A stretch of 64,000 nt of DNA from Candidatus Latescibacterota bacterium (lineage in GTDB: Bacteria; Latescibacterota; UBA2968): the NCBI GenBank assembly GCA_965222605.1, contig OZ244960.1, positions 2,848,001 to 2,912,000 on the forward strand. The letters are read 5' to 3'. The notes beneath the pieces are model-generated. The model had not been told where the DNA came from. It was given only the letters and a program-made list of their open reading frames with translations, and searched no databases. The first letter of the stretch is position 1. Every line of letters begins with the position of its first letter. Positions 1 to 9,717 of this stretch are shown in pieces. The position numbers were made by a program, and so were the translations under genes.

Positions 1-2
1 CA

Positions 3-620
3 GTGCTCAGAGAAGCCGTAACAGCCTCGTTTGCCGCTGGAATGGCACCCGAAGCACTGATGACCATCGCGCCACAACCCTGGCTCGAGATTGTGCGGGT
101 TTCTCGCGCGCATCGCTGCGAGAGTTTGTTATTGGGTTTGAGCGATGTCAACAGCGCCCATTTAGAAGAACTCATCAGTTCTGTGGCGTGCGATGTGGTC
201 GTTTTGCACACGCCACCGGGCTGGCACTTAAAAAACGTGCATCGCGTACTGGTGCCCACGCGAAGTCTTGATGCCCACGACAAATTTCGCGCCCGCTTGC
301 TGGGCAGTTTGTGCCGCACGGGCAACCGCGAAGTCACATTTTTGCAGGTATTACCCGAGCATGCCACCGACTTTCAGTGTGACCGCGCACAGCGCAGACT
401 GGCGCAGTTTGCAAATGAAGAAGTTCCCACCAGAGCCGATGCCCTGGTGGTGCGCCACAACAAACCCCTCGAAGAAATTACGCGCCAGGCAAATAATTAC
501 GACCTGGCGATTTTGGGATTGGAGCGCGTGGGCAAAAACCGCAGACAATTTGGTCAACTCGCACCAGTTCTCGCACAAAATATCAATTGCGCCACCATCA
601 TGATCAGCAGACGAGGATGA
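3..620 (+). CDS. C-terminal part of a protein with universal-stress-protein (USP)-like domains, probably an amino acid permease-USP fusion; 5' partial
   Basis: ORF open at the window edge. USP-like motifs SVACDVVVL, RVLVP, YDLAILG and INCATIMI. Confidence 0.6.
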   Translation: MLREAVTASFAAGMAPEALMTIAPQPWLEIVRVSRAHRCESLLLGLSDVNSAHLEELISSVACDVVVLHTPPGWHLKNVHRVLVPTRSLDAHDKFRARLLGSLCRTGNREVTFLQVLPEHATDFQCDRAQRRLAQFANEEVPTRADALVVRHNKPLEEITRQANNYDLAILGLERVGKNRRQFGQLAPVLAQNINCATIMISRRG

Positions 621-633
621 AAGGAAAAACATC

Positions 634-1476
634 ATGGACGCGAAAAAATGGTTGCAACACTGCGCGACAGACGCGCAACTCAAACAGTTTAACGACGAGG
701 GATATTTGATCGTCGAAGACGCCCTATCTCCCGACCTGCTCGCGCGATTGAATGACGCCGTCGATCAGGTAGAAGCGCGGGAGCGCGCGGCAAAGGGGCT
801 GAAATCAGATGCTTTGTTGAGCAAATTCCGAACCGTTGTGGAAGACGATGCCTTTCTGGAATTGCTCGATAATCCCAAAACATTTCCCTTATTATGGGAT
901 ATTTTGGGATGGAATATCCAGCTCTATATTTCCCATCTGATCGTGTATCCCCCCGAAAAAAAGAAACGCGAGATTAACCCGGGCGGCTGGCATCAAGACG
1001 GCGGACGACCCGTGCCCGAGATGGAACGCCCCCACCCGCGCTTATCTCTGAAAATCAGTTATTGGTTAAGCGATGTTGACACGCCAGAACACGGCGCAAT
1101 GCAAATTGTGCCGCGCAGTCACAAACTGGACACAAAACCCGAAGGATGCGATGCCGGCAAGGGAGTGATGCCCGTATGTGTCAAGGCGGGAACAGCCGTG
1201 CTTTTTGACCGCAGAATGTGGCACCGGCGCGGGATTAACACATCCGATGTGACGCGCCGCGTACTATTCTTTGGCTACAGTTATCGCTGGCTGCGGGGGC
1301 TGGATTACAACCTCATACCCGAAGATATACTCAGCAAATGCGACCCCATCCGCCGTCAGCTACTCGGCGATGGCATAGACGTAAAAGGCTGGTGGCAACC
1401 CACAGAAGCCGATGTCCCCCTCAAAAGTTGGCTGCGCGAACACAGAGGCGAAGAATATCTCAAGGCACTGGGATAG
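634..1476 (+). CDS. Phytanoyl-CoA dioxygenase (PhyH) family Fe(II)/2-oxoglutarate dioxygenase
   Basis: FNDEGYLIVEDAL, HxD motif (WHQDG), GAMQIVPRSH, GTAVLFDRRMWH. RBS-like AAGGA upstream. Confidence 0.85.
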   Translation: MDAKKWLQHCATDAQLKQFNDEGYLIVEDALSPDLLARLNDAVDQVEARERAAKGLKSDALLSKFRTVVEDDAFLELLDNPKTFPLLWDILGWNIQLYISHLIVYPPEKKKREINPGGWHQDGGRPVPEMERPHPRLSLKISYWLSDVDTPEHGAMQIVPRSHKLDTKPEGCDAGKGVMPVCVKAGTAVLFDRRMWHRRGINTSDVTRRVLFFGYSYRWLRGLDYNLIPEDILSKCDPIRRQLLGDGIDVKGWWQPTEADVPLKSWLREHRGEEYLKALG

Positions 1477-1565
1477 CGATTGACCAGAATAACAGATTGA
1501 GCCATAACAGATAAATGTTATGGCTCTTTGCTTTATAATATTAAGGGAGAAATCCCACCAGATTC

Positions 1566-2390
1566 TCATCCGCGCTCATCAAAAGACCACAATTTGAGAA
1601 TCGTCTTACACAAAATCCATTCGAGATCGTCATCGGTAAAAAACATATGGTTGCGTATCAAGTCCAGAGACCCCCTGTACCCACAACTCCTGAACACATG
1701 GGGAAAGTCCGTCCCCCACATCAACCGCTCGGGGCCATACACATCGTATATGCGCTTGATCATATCATGCGTATCGCGGTGCGGATAGGGCATTGTGGAT
1801 CGCTGTTCCACATTGGAAATTTTGACATAAACATTGGGATATTGACCCCAGTTGAGCAAATTGGTGAGCAAGGGTTTGGGGTCGGGTTCATCCGCGGGGA
1901 TATTGGCAATGTGGTCAACCACAACATTGACCTCGGGAAATCGGGCAATAATGGGTTCGATAGGCTGATGATCCTCAGTTCCGCCAAACAGATTGAAGCA
2001 CAGACCGAGATCCCGGGCACGCGCCCACAGCGGATCTTTGTCAGATGCAGACAGACCCGCAGGATCTCCATAACGCGACAGATGAATGCGCATCCCGCCA
2101 AACCCCTCTTCTTTATGCAGGCGCTCCAACTCATCCGCTGCATCGGGTGATGTGGGATCCACAAGCGCCTGCGCCGCGAGTTTATCGGGATACCGTTTGA
2201 GACAGTCCGCGACATACCGATTGTCAAAAAGATAGTGGATCGGCTGAACAATAACCGCTTTATCCACCCCCGCTTCATCCATCGTCTCAAACAAAAGCTC
2301 GACCGAACCCGCCTCATTGGGACGACTGGGACCGTAGGGATAGGTTTCCTCGTCATCGCTCCACACATGGAGATGGGGATCAATAATCAT
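1566..2390 (-). CDS. Amidohydrolase_2 family protein
   Basis: MIIDPHLHVW (HxH), VVVDH, RLMWGTDFP. Start moved to ATG 2390 because the longer ORF reads through a REP-like palindrome. Confidence 0.85.
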   Translation of the reverse strand: MIIDPHLHVWSDDEETYPYGPSRPNEAGSVELLFETMDEAGVDKAVIVQPIHYLFDNRYVADCLKRYPDKLAAQALVDPTSPDAADELERLHKEEGFGGMRIHLSRYGDPAGLSASDKDPLWARARDLGLCFNLFGGTEDHQPIEPIIARFPEVNVVVDHIANIPADEPDPKPLLTNLLNWGQYPNVYVKISNVEQRSTMPYPHRDTHDMIKRIYDVYGPERLMWGTDFPHVFRSCGYRGSLDLIRNHMFFTDDDLEWILCKTILKLWSFDERG

Positions 2391-2403
2391 AATAAACCTC
2401 ATT

Positions 2404-2432
2404 GTTGGGGCGGGTTTAAAACCCGCCCGTAC
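2404..2432. repeat. REP-like palindrome
   Basis: GTTGGGGCGGGTTTAAAACCCGCCCGTAC: GGGCGGGTTT/AAACCCGCCC inverted repeat, intergenic. Confidence 0.65.
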
Positions 2433-2465
2433 GTTTCTTGGGAGGAATAAAAAACAAAACGCCAA

Positions 2466-3377
2466 TTACCGACCTTCTGGCGTATCTTGCAAAATCTTCT
2501 CAATGCGTTCCAATTCATCATCCGAAAACTCGACATCTGCTGCGCCCACGTGTTCTTTGACCTGATCGGGATCTTTCGCGCCAACGAGCACACAAGTAAC
2601 TTCCTCGCGTCGAAGAAGCCAGGCAATAGCGAATTGGACCATCGTGATATTTTTATCGGCAGCAACGGATTTTAATTCATCTGCCACTGCGAGATAACGG
2701 GCGAAAAGATCGCCTTGAAAGCGGGGCGAACCGGCGCGCTCGTCGTCTTCGGCGAAAATGTGGTCGGGCGCGTATTTGCCCGTGAGCAAACCTTTCCCCA
2801 GGGGACTATGGGCGAGAATACCAATACCCGTTTGTCTGCAAAAACCCAGATCTTCAGCTTCAATATTGCGGTCAAACATATTGTAACGCGGTTGATTCGA
2901 GTGAAATGGGGCAATATCGTACGCCGTTTGCATCTGTGCCGCATTGAAATTGGAAACCCCGATAAAGCGCGTTTTGCCCTGTTCTTGCAGCCGGGCCATA
3001 GTTTCCATACTCTCTTCAATGGGATATTGCGAGTTCCAACTGTGAATCTGGTACAGATCTACGCAATCGACATCGAGATTTCGCAGACTGTTTTCAATGG
3101 CATTTTCAATATCCCCACGAGAATATTGACGACTGACTTTTGTCGCGAGAAAGCACCGCTCGCGATAGCCGTCTTTGAGTGCCCTGCCCAACGTGGCTTC
3201 GCTGGTGCGATATGCCTGTGCAGTATCGAGCAGGGTAATACCGCTATCAATAGCAGTACGCACAGTATCAATACACTCCCTATCGTCCATATTGCCCATA
3301 CCGCCGCCAATGGGCCAGGCACCCAGGCCAATGACCGGGATGTCGGCACCGTCTTTGCCTAATTGTCGATACTTCAT
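2466..3377 (-). CDS. Aldo/keto reductase
   Basis: MKYRQLG, IGLGAW, LDTAQAY, LATKV, VDLYQIH, FIGVSNF, HSPLGKGLLTGKY. Confidence 0.92.
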   Translation of the reverse strand: MKYRQLGKDGADIPVIGLGAWPIGGGMGNMDDRECIDTVRTAIDSGITLLDTAQAYRTSEATLGRALKDGYRERCFLATKVSRQYSRGDIENAIENSLRNLDVDCVDLYQIHSWNSQYPIEESMETMARLQEQGKTRFIGVSNFNAAQMQTAYDIAPFHSNQPRYNMFDRNIEAEDLGFCRQTGIGILAHSPLGKGLLTGKYAPDHIFAEDDERAGSPRFQGDLFARYLAVADELKSVAADKNITMVQFAIAWLLRREEVTCVLVGAKDPDQVKEHVGAADVEFSDDELERIEKILQDTPEGR

Positions 3378-3478
3378 GAGACCTCCTTAAAGTTCTGTGC
3401 TTGATATTCAGCGTGTGATGTGATATGTTTTGACAGTTGGGAAAAGGACTTCCCTCTTACTTCACACCTGGATCTTTA

Positions 3479-4645
3479 ATGTCCCTAATCGATACACCCG
3501 ACGCACTCGAAACCCTTGTCAACCGCGCCTTGAACGCGCCCTGTGTGGGCATTGATACAGAATTTGTCTGGGAGCAAACCTATTATCCGCGCCTGGGCAT
3601 TATACAGGTGGGGCTTTCAGAAAATGATTGCCACCTGATAGACGCCGTCACATTGTCTGACCTATCGCCTCTGGGTGCGTTAATAGCAGACCCACACACA
3701 GTAAAAATTTTGCACGATGCACAGCAAGACCTCTGGATATTGAAACGGATAACAGATGCTGTCCCCTGTAATATATTTGATACGCGTTGTGCAGCGGGTT
3801 TTGCGGGCCTGGGTTCAACCCTATCGCTGGGCAATTTGTTGCGCCTGTGTCTCAATATACAATTGCCCAAAACAGAAACACGCACAAACTGGTTGAGGCG
3901 ACCACTATCGGATAATCAACGCGCCTATGCCCTGGATGACGTGCGATATTTGCCCGCCCTTCGCGAACATCTCCTGACCAACATTCATCGGCGAAGCCGA
4001 GAAAACTGGTTGGCAGAAGAACTCCGCAAATACGATATTGCCAAATTGTACGACGACCGCGCACCCGAAGAACAATATACACGCGTAAAAGGTACAGGGC
4101 GGCTTTCAAGACGCGATATGGCCATCGTGCGCGAACTGGCTACCTGGCGCGAACAAAAGGCGCGACAGGTAGATCGTCCCAGAAACCGCGTGATAAGCGA
4201 TGACGCCATCGTGCAAATTGCCCGGCGCAAACCGCAATCAATTCAGTCGTTAAAACGGTTGCGGGGCATTGCGAGGTCAACCATAAATCAGCACGGCAAT
4301 AGCCTCCTCAACGCCGTGCAGTACGGATTGGCAATCGACGAAAAAAATTGCCCTCCCATATCGCTACCTGTGCGTCCCAATCCCTTTGACGATGCGCGTC
4401 TCGATCTCGCCATGGCTTTTTTGCGCGGACAGTGTCTATCAGAAGAGATCGATATCTCAATGGTCGCATCGCGATCAGAAGTCAAAGCATTCATTTCTCC
4501 AAAAAAAAATACGACGGATAATCCGTTGCGTGCGGGTTGGCGATATGAATTTTCAGGCGCAGACCTGACCGCACTTCTGAATGGCAAACACGCCGTCGGC
4601 ATCAATCCCGACACGCGCTTGCCCTGGTTGCTGCGGGATGCGTAA
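3479..4645 (+). CDS. rnd: Ribonuclease D (DEDDy exonuclease plus HRDC domain)
   Basis: GIDTEF, TYYPRLGIIQ, KILHDAQQDL, NWLRRPLS, YALDDVRYL, WREQKARQVDRPRNRVISD. ATG 3479 preferred over the upstream TTG. Confidence 0.9.
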   Translation: MSLIDTPDALETLVNRALNAPCVGIDTEFVWEQTYYPRLGIIQVGLSENDCHLIDAVTLSDLSPLGALIADPHTVKILHDAQQDLWILKRITDAVPCNIFDTRCAAGFAGLGSTLSLGNLLRLCLNIQLPKTETRTNWLRRPLSDNQRAYALDDVRYLPALREHLLTNIHRRSRENWLAEELRKYDIAKLYDDRAPEEQYTRVKGTGRLSRRDMAIVRELATWREQKARQVDRPRNRVISDDAIVQIARRKPQSIQSLKRLRGIARSTINQHGNSLLNAVQYGLAIDEKNCPPISLPVRPNPFDDARLDLAMAFLRGQCLSEEIDISMVASRSEVKAFISPKKNTTDNPLRAGWRYEFSGADLTALLNGKHAVGINPDTRLPWLLRDA

Positions 4646-4693
4646 ACGACCACTTACTTTTTGCAGGTGGTGCATCCAGTACGAGCGATTTAT

Positions 4694-5050
4694 TTACTCT
4701 CGATCTGTGACAGCATCTGTTCCAAAAGCGTTACGAAGGGCATCGCGCCCTGGGCCGAATGCATTTTCGTGATCGAGAACCGCTACCTTGCGAGAGGCCA
4801 TTTCCTCTAAAAGAATAGCCACAGGTAGATGGGCAAGTTTTGCGGCAGTCCGCAGGTCAATATGATTTTCCTGATAAGCACGGACAGCTTCTGAAATTCT
4901 GAATTGTTTCATACCCTCCAATACCCACTGTCGCATAAGTGCGGCTTCAGAATAAGCGGTTTCTCCAACCAGTTCAGACAATTGCTTGGCTTCCTCTGAC
5001 GTGAGACGGACTGATTTCGTTACCCGTTTGGGAGAAGATATAGTATTCAT
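4694..5050 (-). CDS. Putative antitoxin/DNA-binding protein (RHH-like N-terminus plus UPF0175-like domain)
   Basis: KSVRLTSEE (RHH-like) and AVRAYQENHIDLRTAAKLAHL (UPF0175-like). No toxin ORF adjacent. Confidence 0.55.
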   Translation of the reverse strand: MNTISSPKRVTKSVRLTSEEAKQLSELVGETAYSEAALMRQWVLEGMKQFRISEAVRAYQENHIDLRTAAKLAHLPVAILLEEMASRKVAVLDHENAFGPGRDALRNAFGTDAVTDRE

Positions 5051-5189
5051 TTTTTTTATTTTACCTTTCATCGCGAATTTGATCGATAAACACGCGAGCG
5101 TCTTCTCGTGCCAGCGTATGCGCCAGAGTAGTAATAAATCGACTGCGCGTGATTACTCCCAACGGTAGAGCAGTTGGGCTTCTTGGCGG

Positions 5190-5796
5190 TCAAACCGCCT
5201 GACTTTGTAATCCCAAAGTCAATATGTTTATCGCAGCATTGAGGTCTCTGTCTGCTGTATAGCCACACTTTTTGCAATGATGCACACGATCAGAGAGTGC
5301 TTTCTTCTCGCGGTGTCCACAAGAAGAGCAATCTTGTGAGGTGTACTCAGGATCAACAGCCTTGAATCCAATACCAGCTTCTTCCGCTTTGTATTCGAGA
5401 CAACGCCTAAACAGTGACCACGCTGCGTCTGAGATGCTTTTTGATAAACGACGATTCTTTTGCATCTTTTTGGCGTCTAACTTTTCTGTTGCAACAAAGC
5501 CATACTTATTGACTACTTTCCGAGCCTCTTGATGCACAAAATCATTCCGTCTATTGTCGCGAACCACTTGTCCGTCGCTGTGCGCCTGAGCGTGCAAGAC
5601 TTAGGCATACCCTCAAGTGGTCTGTGAATGTCGCCTGTTGCTCATAGCGCGACAAACTTTCTTTATTCTTTTCCCATGCTTGGACTCTTGCACAGATAAG
5701 TTGATTATACAGCAAGCGACATTCTTCAATGTGCGCCAGTAGGATTTTCTCCTGTTTTTTCGTTGGGCGCAGTCTGTATTTGAAGGATTTAAGCAT
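5190..5796 (-). pseudogene. tnpB: tnpB (RNA-guided endonuclease) remnant, frameshifted with a large central deletion
   Basis: N-terminal HTH_OrfB_IS605-like MLKSFKYRLRPTKKQE. C-terminal part in another frame: SISDAAW, VDPEYTSQDCSSCG, CKKCG, DRDLNAAINI. RuvC-I (GxDxG) absent. Confidence 0.88.
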
Positions 5797-5802
5797 AATA
5801 AA

Positions 5803-5831
5803 AATATATACTTATGCACATATTTTGTCAA
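5803..5831 (-). promoter_or_regulatory. sigma70-type promoter of tnpB
   Basis: TTGACA-N17-TATATT on the minus strand, ending 6 nt before the tnpB ATG (probably leaderless). Confidence 0.6.
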
Positions 5832-6005
5832 CCTATTTTTCGTGGAACTATTGGACGAATCTCAATGACTCACCGCCCCATAAAACCGTAAGCCCTTCGC
5901 CATGCGACCCAAAGCTAAAGTATTTGGGACTTTCCGGCTATTTGTTAATTTCATCTTCCACGCGGCAGGTCTCTGCGGGAATGGGATAGCGATTGGACAT
6001 AAGAG

Positions 6006-7982
6006 CTACCACCCGTGAACAGAATGTCCATCTTCTGAAAAAAAGGTAAAATCGACAATAGAAGACACACCCACGCCGACGACATAACCGATCACAAGAC
6101 CAAAGAACAAAGGAATACAGCGCCGATAGAGTGAAATGCCACCGACGCGCAGAATAATGAGCTTGGACGCCCATGTCAGAAAAATACTGAAAGCATAGAC
6201 CCGAGAACCCGACATCTTTTGAAAAGCCAGACCTAGAGGATGCAAGGGCCACCACGGGACGCGATTGCGAAGAAGCATAAGCAGACCCGCTTGCCCAAGC
6301 CCAAAAATCCAGACCGCTATTTTACCCGGATCAAAAACCGTTTTATCCGCGCCAACAATAGCGGAAACCATGCGGTCGTACGTGCGAATATTGGACCCGC
6401 TAAAACCCGACAGCCCCAGGTTTTGACCCGCGTAGTTATATCCCAAATGGACAATAAAAAGACACGACCCAAAAAAACCCGAGGCAAAAGCCAGCAGAAC
6501 GATCCAGAAAACCCATCGGCGGCGGACGTCATCCCCTAAAAGTTTGAGATGATGAGGCAGCGCGGGCCATGCGGGAATGCGCGAATTTCCAAAAAATGCA
6601 CTCGAATTAATCACGCCCAATGCAACAGTATTTTGTTGCGTGAGCGTTGCAGTCCCCGTAAAAATCTCGACAATTTGACCCCCCTTGCCGCCAACCGGAA
6701 AAAGATAAGAAAAGCCACTCGCCGCGGTGTATTTTGCCACGGTAAAATACGCTGCATAGAGCAGTAAAAGGTGGAAGAGAGCGAGAAATGGAGACAAACC
6801 CACTGCGACAAACCAGCCGAAAACAAAAATAGTCGCCGCAATAAAACCGAGCATCGCCAGGCGATAAGATACGAGACCGTCATCCGCCTCTCCCGTCATC
6901 GCTGTGCGAAGAACATGCCGCAAATGGCCTCGCGCGACCCATACCGCCCACAAAGCGAGAAAGATGAAAGCACCATGAGATTCTAAAATCAGAATCTCAC
7001 TCGCTTCTGCCTGTTGCCCGGAAATCCCCACATTAAATCCCGTGCGAGCCATCACCCCTTCCTTGACAATGGCGATAAGACGAAAAGCCCAGAAACTGAA
7101 GAGGATATCCAGATTACACATATAAGTAAGCCCCAAAACAGGAGGCAGAATACGCAAATAGAACGATGGGAAATTGCGCGCAATGGGCACCTCTTTGGTC
7201 AAATAACCGTCGTAAATGCCAATTCGAGGCAAACTGATGGCAAAATAACCGAAAATATTCCAGATAAAAACACCGAAAACAATAAAAAACCCCACCCAAA
7301 AGAATTTATTCCGAAAAATGCCGGGTATAACGCGGCCCGGTTCATCAAAGCCCTCGGTCAATGCAATCGGAAAAGCCGCGAGTGGAAAAGTGAGACGCTC
7401 GTTTTCTTCCCATTGCTTTTGAAAAATGACCGAGAGACATAACCCGGCAACAACAAGGGCGATAGATACGGCAAACCACCAGTGCAGCGAAGCCAGCCAG
7501 CCGCGCCAGGGGATGCTTGCGCCATCGGGAAGGCCCTCGTAATACGTACGAATAATTTCGGGCGTTGCCTGGGGCAAACACCACCACGGCAAGATGTCAA
7601 AAAGGACTTCTTCCCATCGGTTTTCGGGCGAGGCGTAATAAAACGGCGTACTGACAATGCCGCCCCAATAGGTCGTCCACCCACTTGCCGAAACCGTACC
7701 CACAATCCACGACATACTGTAGATAACGAGAAGTTCTGTGCTGCGCAAAGCCATGCGAGGCCATGCGAGCTTCAAAATGAGATTGATCACGAGCCATGCG
7801 ACAAAGGGCAAGAGCATGGCCATAGACAATTGCGACTTGACCAGCGACGCAGACCCCAAAATCATGCCCGTGTAATCGCTGTAAATATTGAGCAACGCCG
7901 CAGTAGCCGCACCCAGGACAATGGATCGGACGGTAATACGCCGCGGGCGCGCAGGTTCGGGTTGTGATTTTGGAAGTGCCAT
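6006..7982 (-). CDS. Polytopic membrane protein, DUF6785/DUF6784-like (putative transporter)
   Basis: About 15 or more hydrophobic segments. YYASPENRW, QWEENERLTFP, WWPLHPLG, GGISLYRR..PLFFGL. Paralog at 25946. ATG 7982 preferred. Confidence 0.75.
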   Translation of the reverse strand: MALPKSQPEPARPRRITVRSIVLGAATAALLNIYSDYTGMILGSASLVKSQLSMAMLLPFVAWLVINLILKLAWPRMALRSTELLVIYSMSWIVGTVSASGWTTYWGGIVSTPFYYASPENRWEEVLFDILPWWCLPQATPEIIRTYYEGLPDGASIPWRGWLASLHWWFAVSIALVVAGLCLSVIFQKQWEENERLTFPLAAFPIALTEGFDEPGRVIPGIFRNKFFWVGFFIVFGVFIWNIFGYFAISLPRIGIYDGYLTKEVPIARNFPSFYLRILPPVLGLTYMCNLDILFSFWAFRLIAIVKEGVMARTGFNVGISGQQAEASEILILESHGAFIFLALWAVWVARGHLRHVLRTAMTGEADDGLVSYRLAMLGFIAATIFVFGWFVAVGLSPFLALFHLLLLYAAYFTVAKYTAASGFSYLFPVGGKGGQIVEIFTGTATLTQQNTVALGVINSSAFFGNSRIPAWPALPHHLKLLGDDVRRRWVFWIVLLAFASGFFGSCLFIVHLGYNYAGQNLGLSGFSGSNIRTYDRMVSAIVGADKTVFDPGKIAVWIFGLGQAGLLMLLRNRVPWWPLHPLGLAFQKMSGSRVYAFSIFLTWASKLIILRVGGISLYRRCIPLFFGLVIGYVVGVGVSSIVDFTFFSEDGHSVHGW

Positions 7983-8203
7983 AATGGTATTTTGGGTAAT
8001 GATATATCGCGCATTTGTCAAGAATGTATTGTAATGGTTATCGCTATAGTTGTTGTGGAGGGGTTTTATTTTCGACCAGATAATTTTCTGAAAGAGGCGA
8101 AAAATGGACCGCAACTTCGACCCAAATTGCGTTGGCTACTCAATAGATGGCGTCTTGATTTTACAAGAATTAAAACCATAGCTAATTGATCAGGTCAACC
8201 TTC

Positions 8204-8246
8204 AAAAAGCGCGTTCACTTATAGTGAGCGCACTTTGTATTTTTTA
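8204..8246. terminator. Terminator-like hairpin in a divergent intergenic region
   Basis: AAAGCGCGTTCACT-TAT-AGTGAGCGCACTTT flanked by A and T runs. Confidence 0.45.
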
Positions 8247-8488
8247 TCTTTCCTAAAAACGCGATATGTTCTACATTATCAGGCAAATGCTTCATTTCCC
8301 CCCAATATCTTGTATATCCTCCCCCTCTCAGTTTTTGTTATAAGAACTGTATTTCATCCATTGGTTATAAAAATTGGACGATATACCGCATAAACGGTAT
8401 GGAATTTCGTCTGCATTTTTCTTTTTCAATTATTCTATTTTAATTAAAAATAATAAGTTATGCGTATAATCGCCTGAACAGACTCGCA

Positions 8489-8505
8489 TTGGCACAGATA
8501 TTGCA
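8489..8505 (+). promoter_or_regulatory. sigma54 (-24/-12) promoter
   Basis: TTGGCACAGATATTGCA, with GG-N10-GC spacing exact; AT-rich region upstream. Confidence 0.75.
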
Positions 8506-8661
8506 AATAACTATCGGATCCTATCTTGAACAGCGTGATGGGACAGGCCTCAAACTTGCAGAGTATAACTGTCTGTGCCGCGCCATACTTGAGGATTGCG
8601 TGACATCAGTAAATTACTACAAGTTGCATAAAAAAATATGATGCTCAAAAGGAAAAAATAG

Positions 8662-9717
8662 ATGAGCACACAACCCAATGGCTTAATTGCCGTGGTTAAA
8701 GCCGCCCGGCGCATTGAAGTCGGCGCGCTCGAAGACGAAATAGAAACGTGTTTTGCACGCGGCTGGAGCGATGGCCTGCCCGTCGTCCCACCCACCGAAG
8801 AACGCATATTGCGCATGCTATCGGGAACAACCCGTGCACCCGACGAATTGGTGGGCATCGTCCCCCCCAATTACAACACCTGCACCGTTGAAAAAGTCGC
8901 CATCAACGCTGTCCTCGCCGGATGCAAACCCGAATACCTGCCCGTTGTACTCACAGCGGTTGAAGCGGCACTCACAGAGGCTTTTTGCATGCACGGACTG
9001 CTCGCCACGACATTCTTTGCAGGTCCCCTGATCGTCGTCAACGGACCGATCACACGCGAAATCGGCATGAACGCACGGGTCAACGCGCTCGGGCAGGGCA
9101 ATCGCGCCAACGCGACCATCGGACGCGCCCTTCAACTCGTCATCCGCAACATCGGCGGCGGCGTCCCCGGCGGCATTGATCGCGCCATGCTCGGCAACCC
9201 GGGCAAATACACCTTCTGCTTTGCCGAACGCGAAGACGATTCGCCCTGGGAATCCCTCGCCGTCGAAAGGGGATTTGAACCCGACGCATCCACCGTCTCA
9301 CTCTTTGCAGCCAGCGGCGTCACCCCCATCATGGATCAGGCTTCCCGAGATCCCGACGCGCTTTGCCGATCCATCGCCGCTTGCCTCAAAGCCGACAGCC
9401 ACCCCAAACACGCAAACAGCCCTCCCCCCGTACTCGTCATCTCCCCGGAACACACCCGCCGCTATGCCGACGCAGGCTGGTCAAAAACCCGGTTCCGCGA
9501 CACATTAAATCAGTATCTCCAAATCCCCGTCGCGGAACTGCTCTCAGGCGCGGGCGGCATCCCGGAAGGCCTGCGGGCAACAGACAAAGAAACAATACCC
9601 AAATTTCGAAACAACACATTGCACATCGTTCGCGCAGGTGGAGACGCGGGCTTATTCTCTGCCCTCATCAGCAGTTGGGGCGGTAGCCAATCCATCACAA
9701 AGGAGATCACGCCATGA
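8662..9717 (+). CDS. Conserved protein associated with UGSC selenoprotein genes (thiol-redox-linked family)
   Basis: GWSDGLPVVPPT, TVEKVAINAVLAGCKPEY, NRANATIGRAL, GNPGKY. ATGA overlap with the next gene. Confidence 0.7.
   Translation: MSTQPNGLIAVVKAARRIEVGALEDEIETCFARGWSDGLPVVPPTEERILRMLSGTTRAPDELVGIVPPNYNTCTVEKVAINAVLAGCKPEYLPVVLTAVEAALTEAFCMHGLLATTFFAGPLIVVNGPITREIGMNARVNALGQGNRANATIGRALQLVIRNIGGGVPGGIDRAMLGNPGKYTFCFAEREDDSPWESLAVERGFEPDASTVSLFAASGVTPIMDQASRDPDALCRSIAACLKADSHPKHANSPPPVLVISPEHTRRYADAGWSKTRFRDTLNQYLQIPVAELLSGAGGIPEGLRATDKETIPKFRNNTLHIVRAGGDAGLFSALISSWGGSQSITKEITP

Larger units (their letters stand above)
5149..5944 (-). mobile_element. Non-autonomous IS200/IS605-family element (tnpB only, internally deleted)
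   Basis: Left-end hairpin CCCAAA...TTTGGG. Right end AGAAGCCCAACTGCTCTACCGTTGGGAGTAATCAC. No target-site duplication, inserted 3' of ATTAA, no tnpA. Confidence 0.8.
5061..6000 (-). pseudogene. yigZ: yigZ/IMPACT-family 5' fragment, interrupted by the IS200/IS605 element and truncated
   Basis: Joining 6000-5945 to 5148-5061 gives MSNRYPIPAETCRVEDEIKRSRFITTLAHTLAREDARVFIDQIRDER*, matching the YigZ N-terminal EIKxSRF motif. Confidence 0.75.

Noticed and set aside
5190-5796. Domesticated nuclease-dead TnpB (TldR-like) or Cas12f
   Set aside because: The gene is frameshifted and deleted, retains IS ends, interrupts a host gene and has no array, so it is better read as a decayed transposon.
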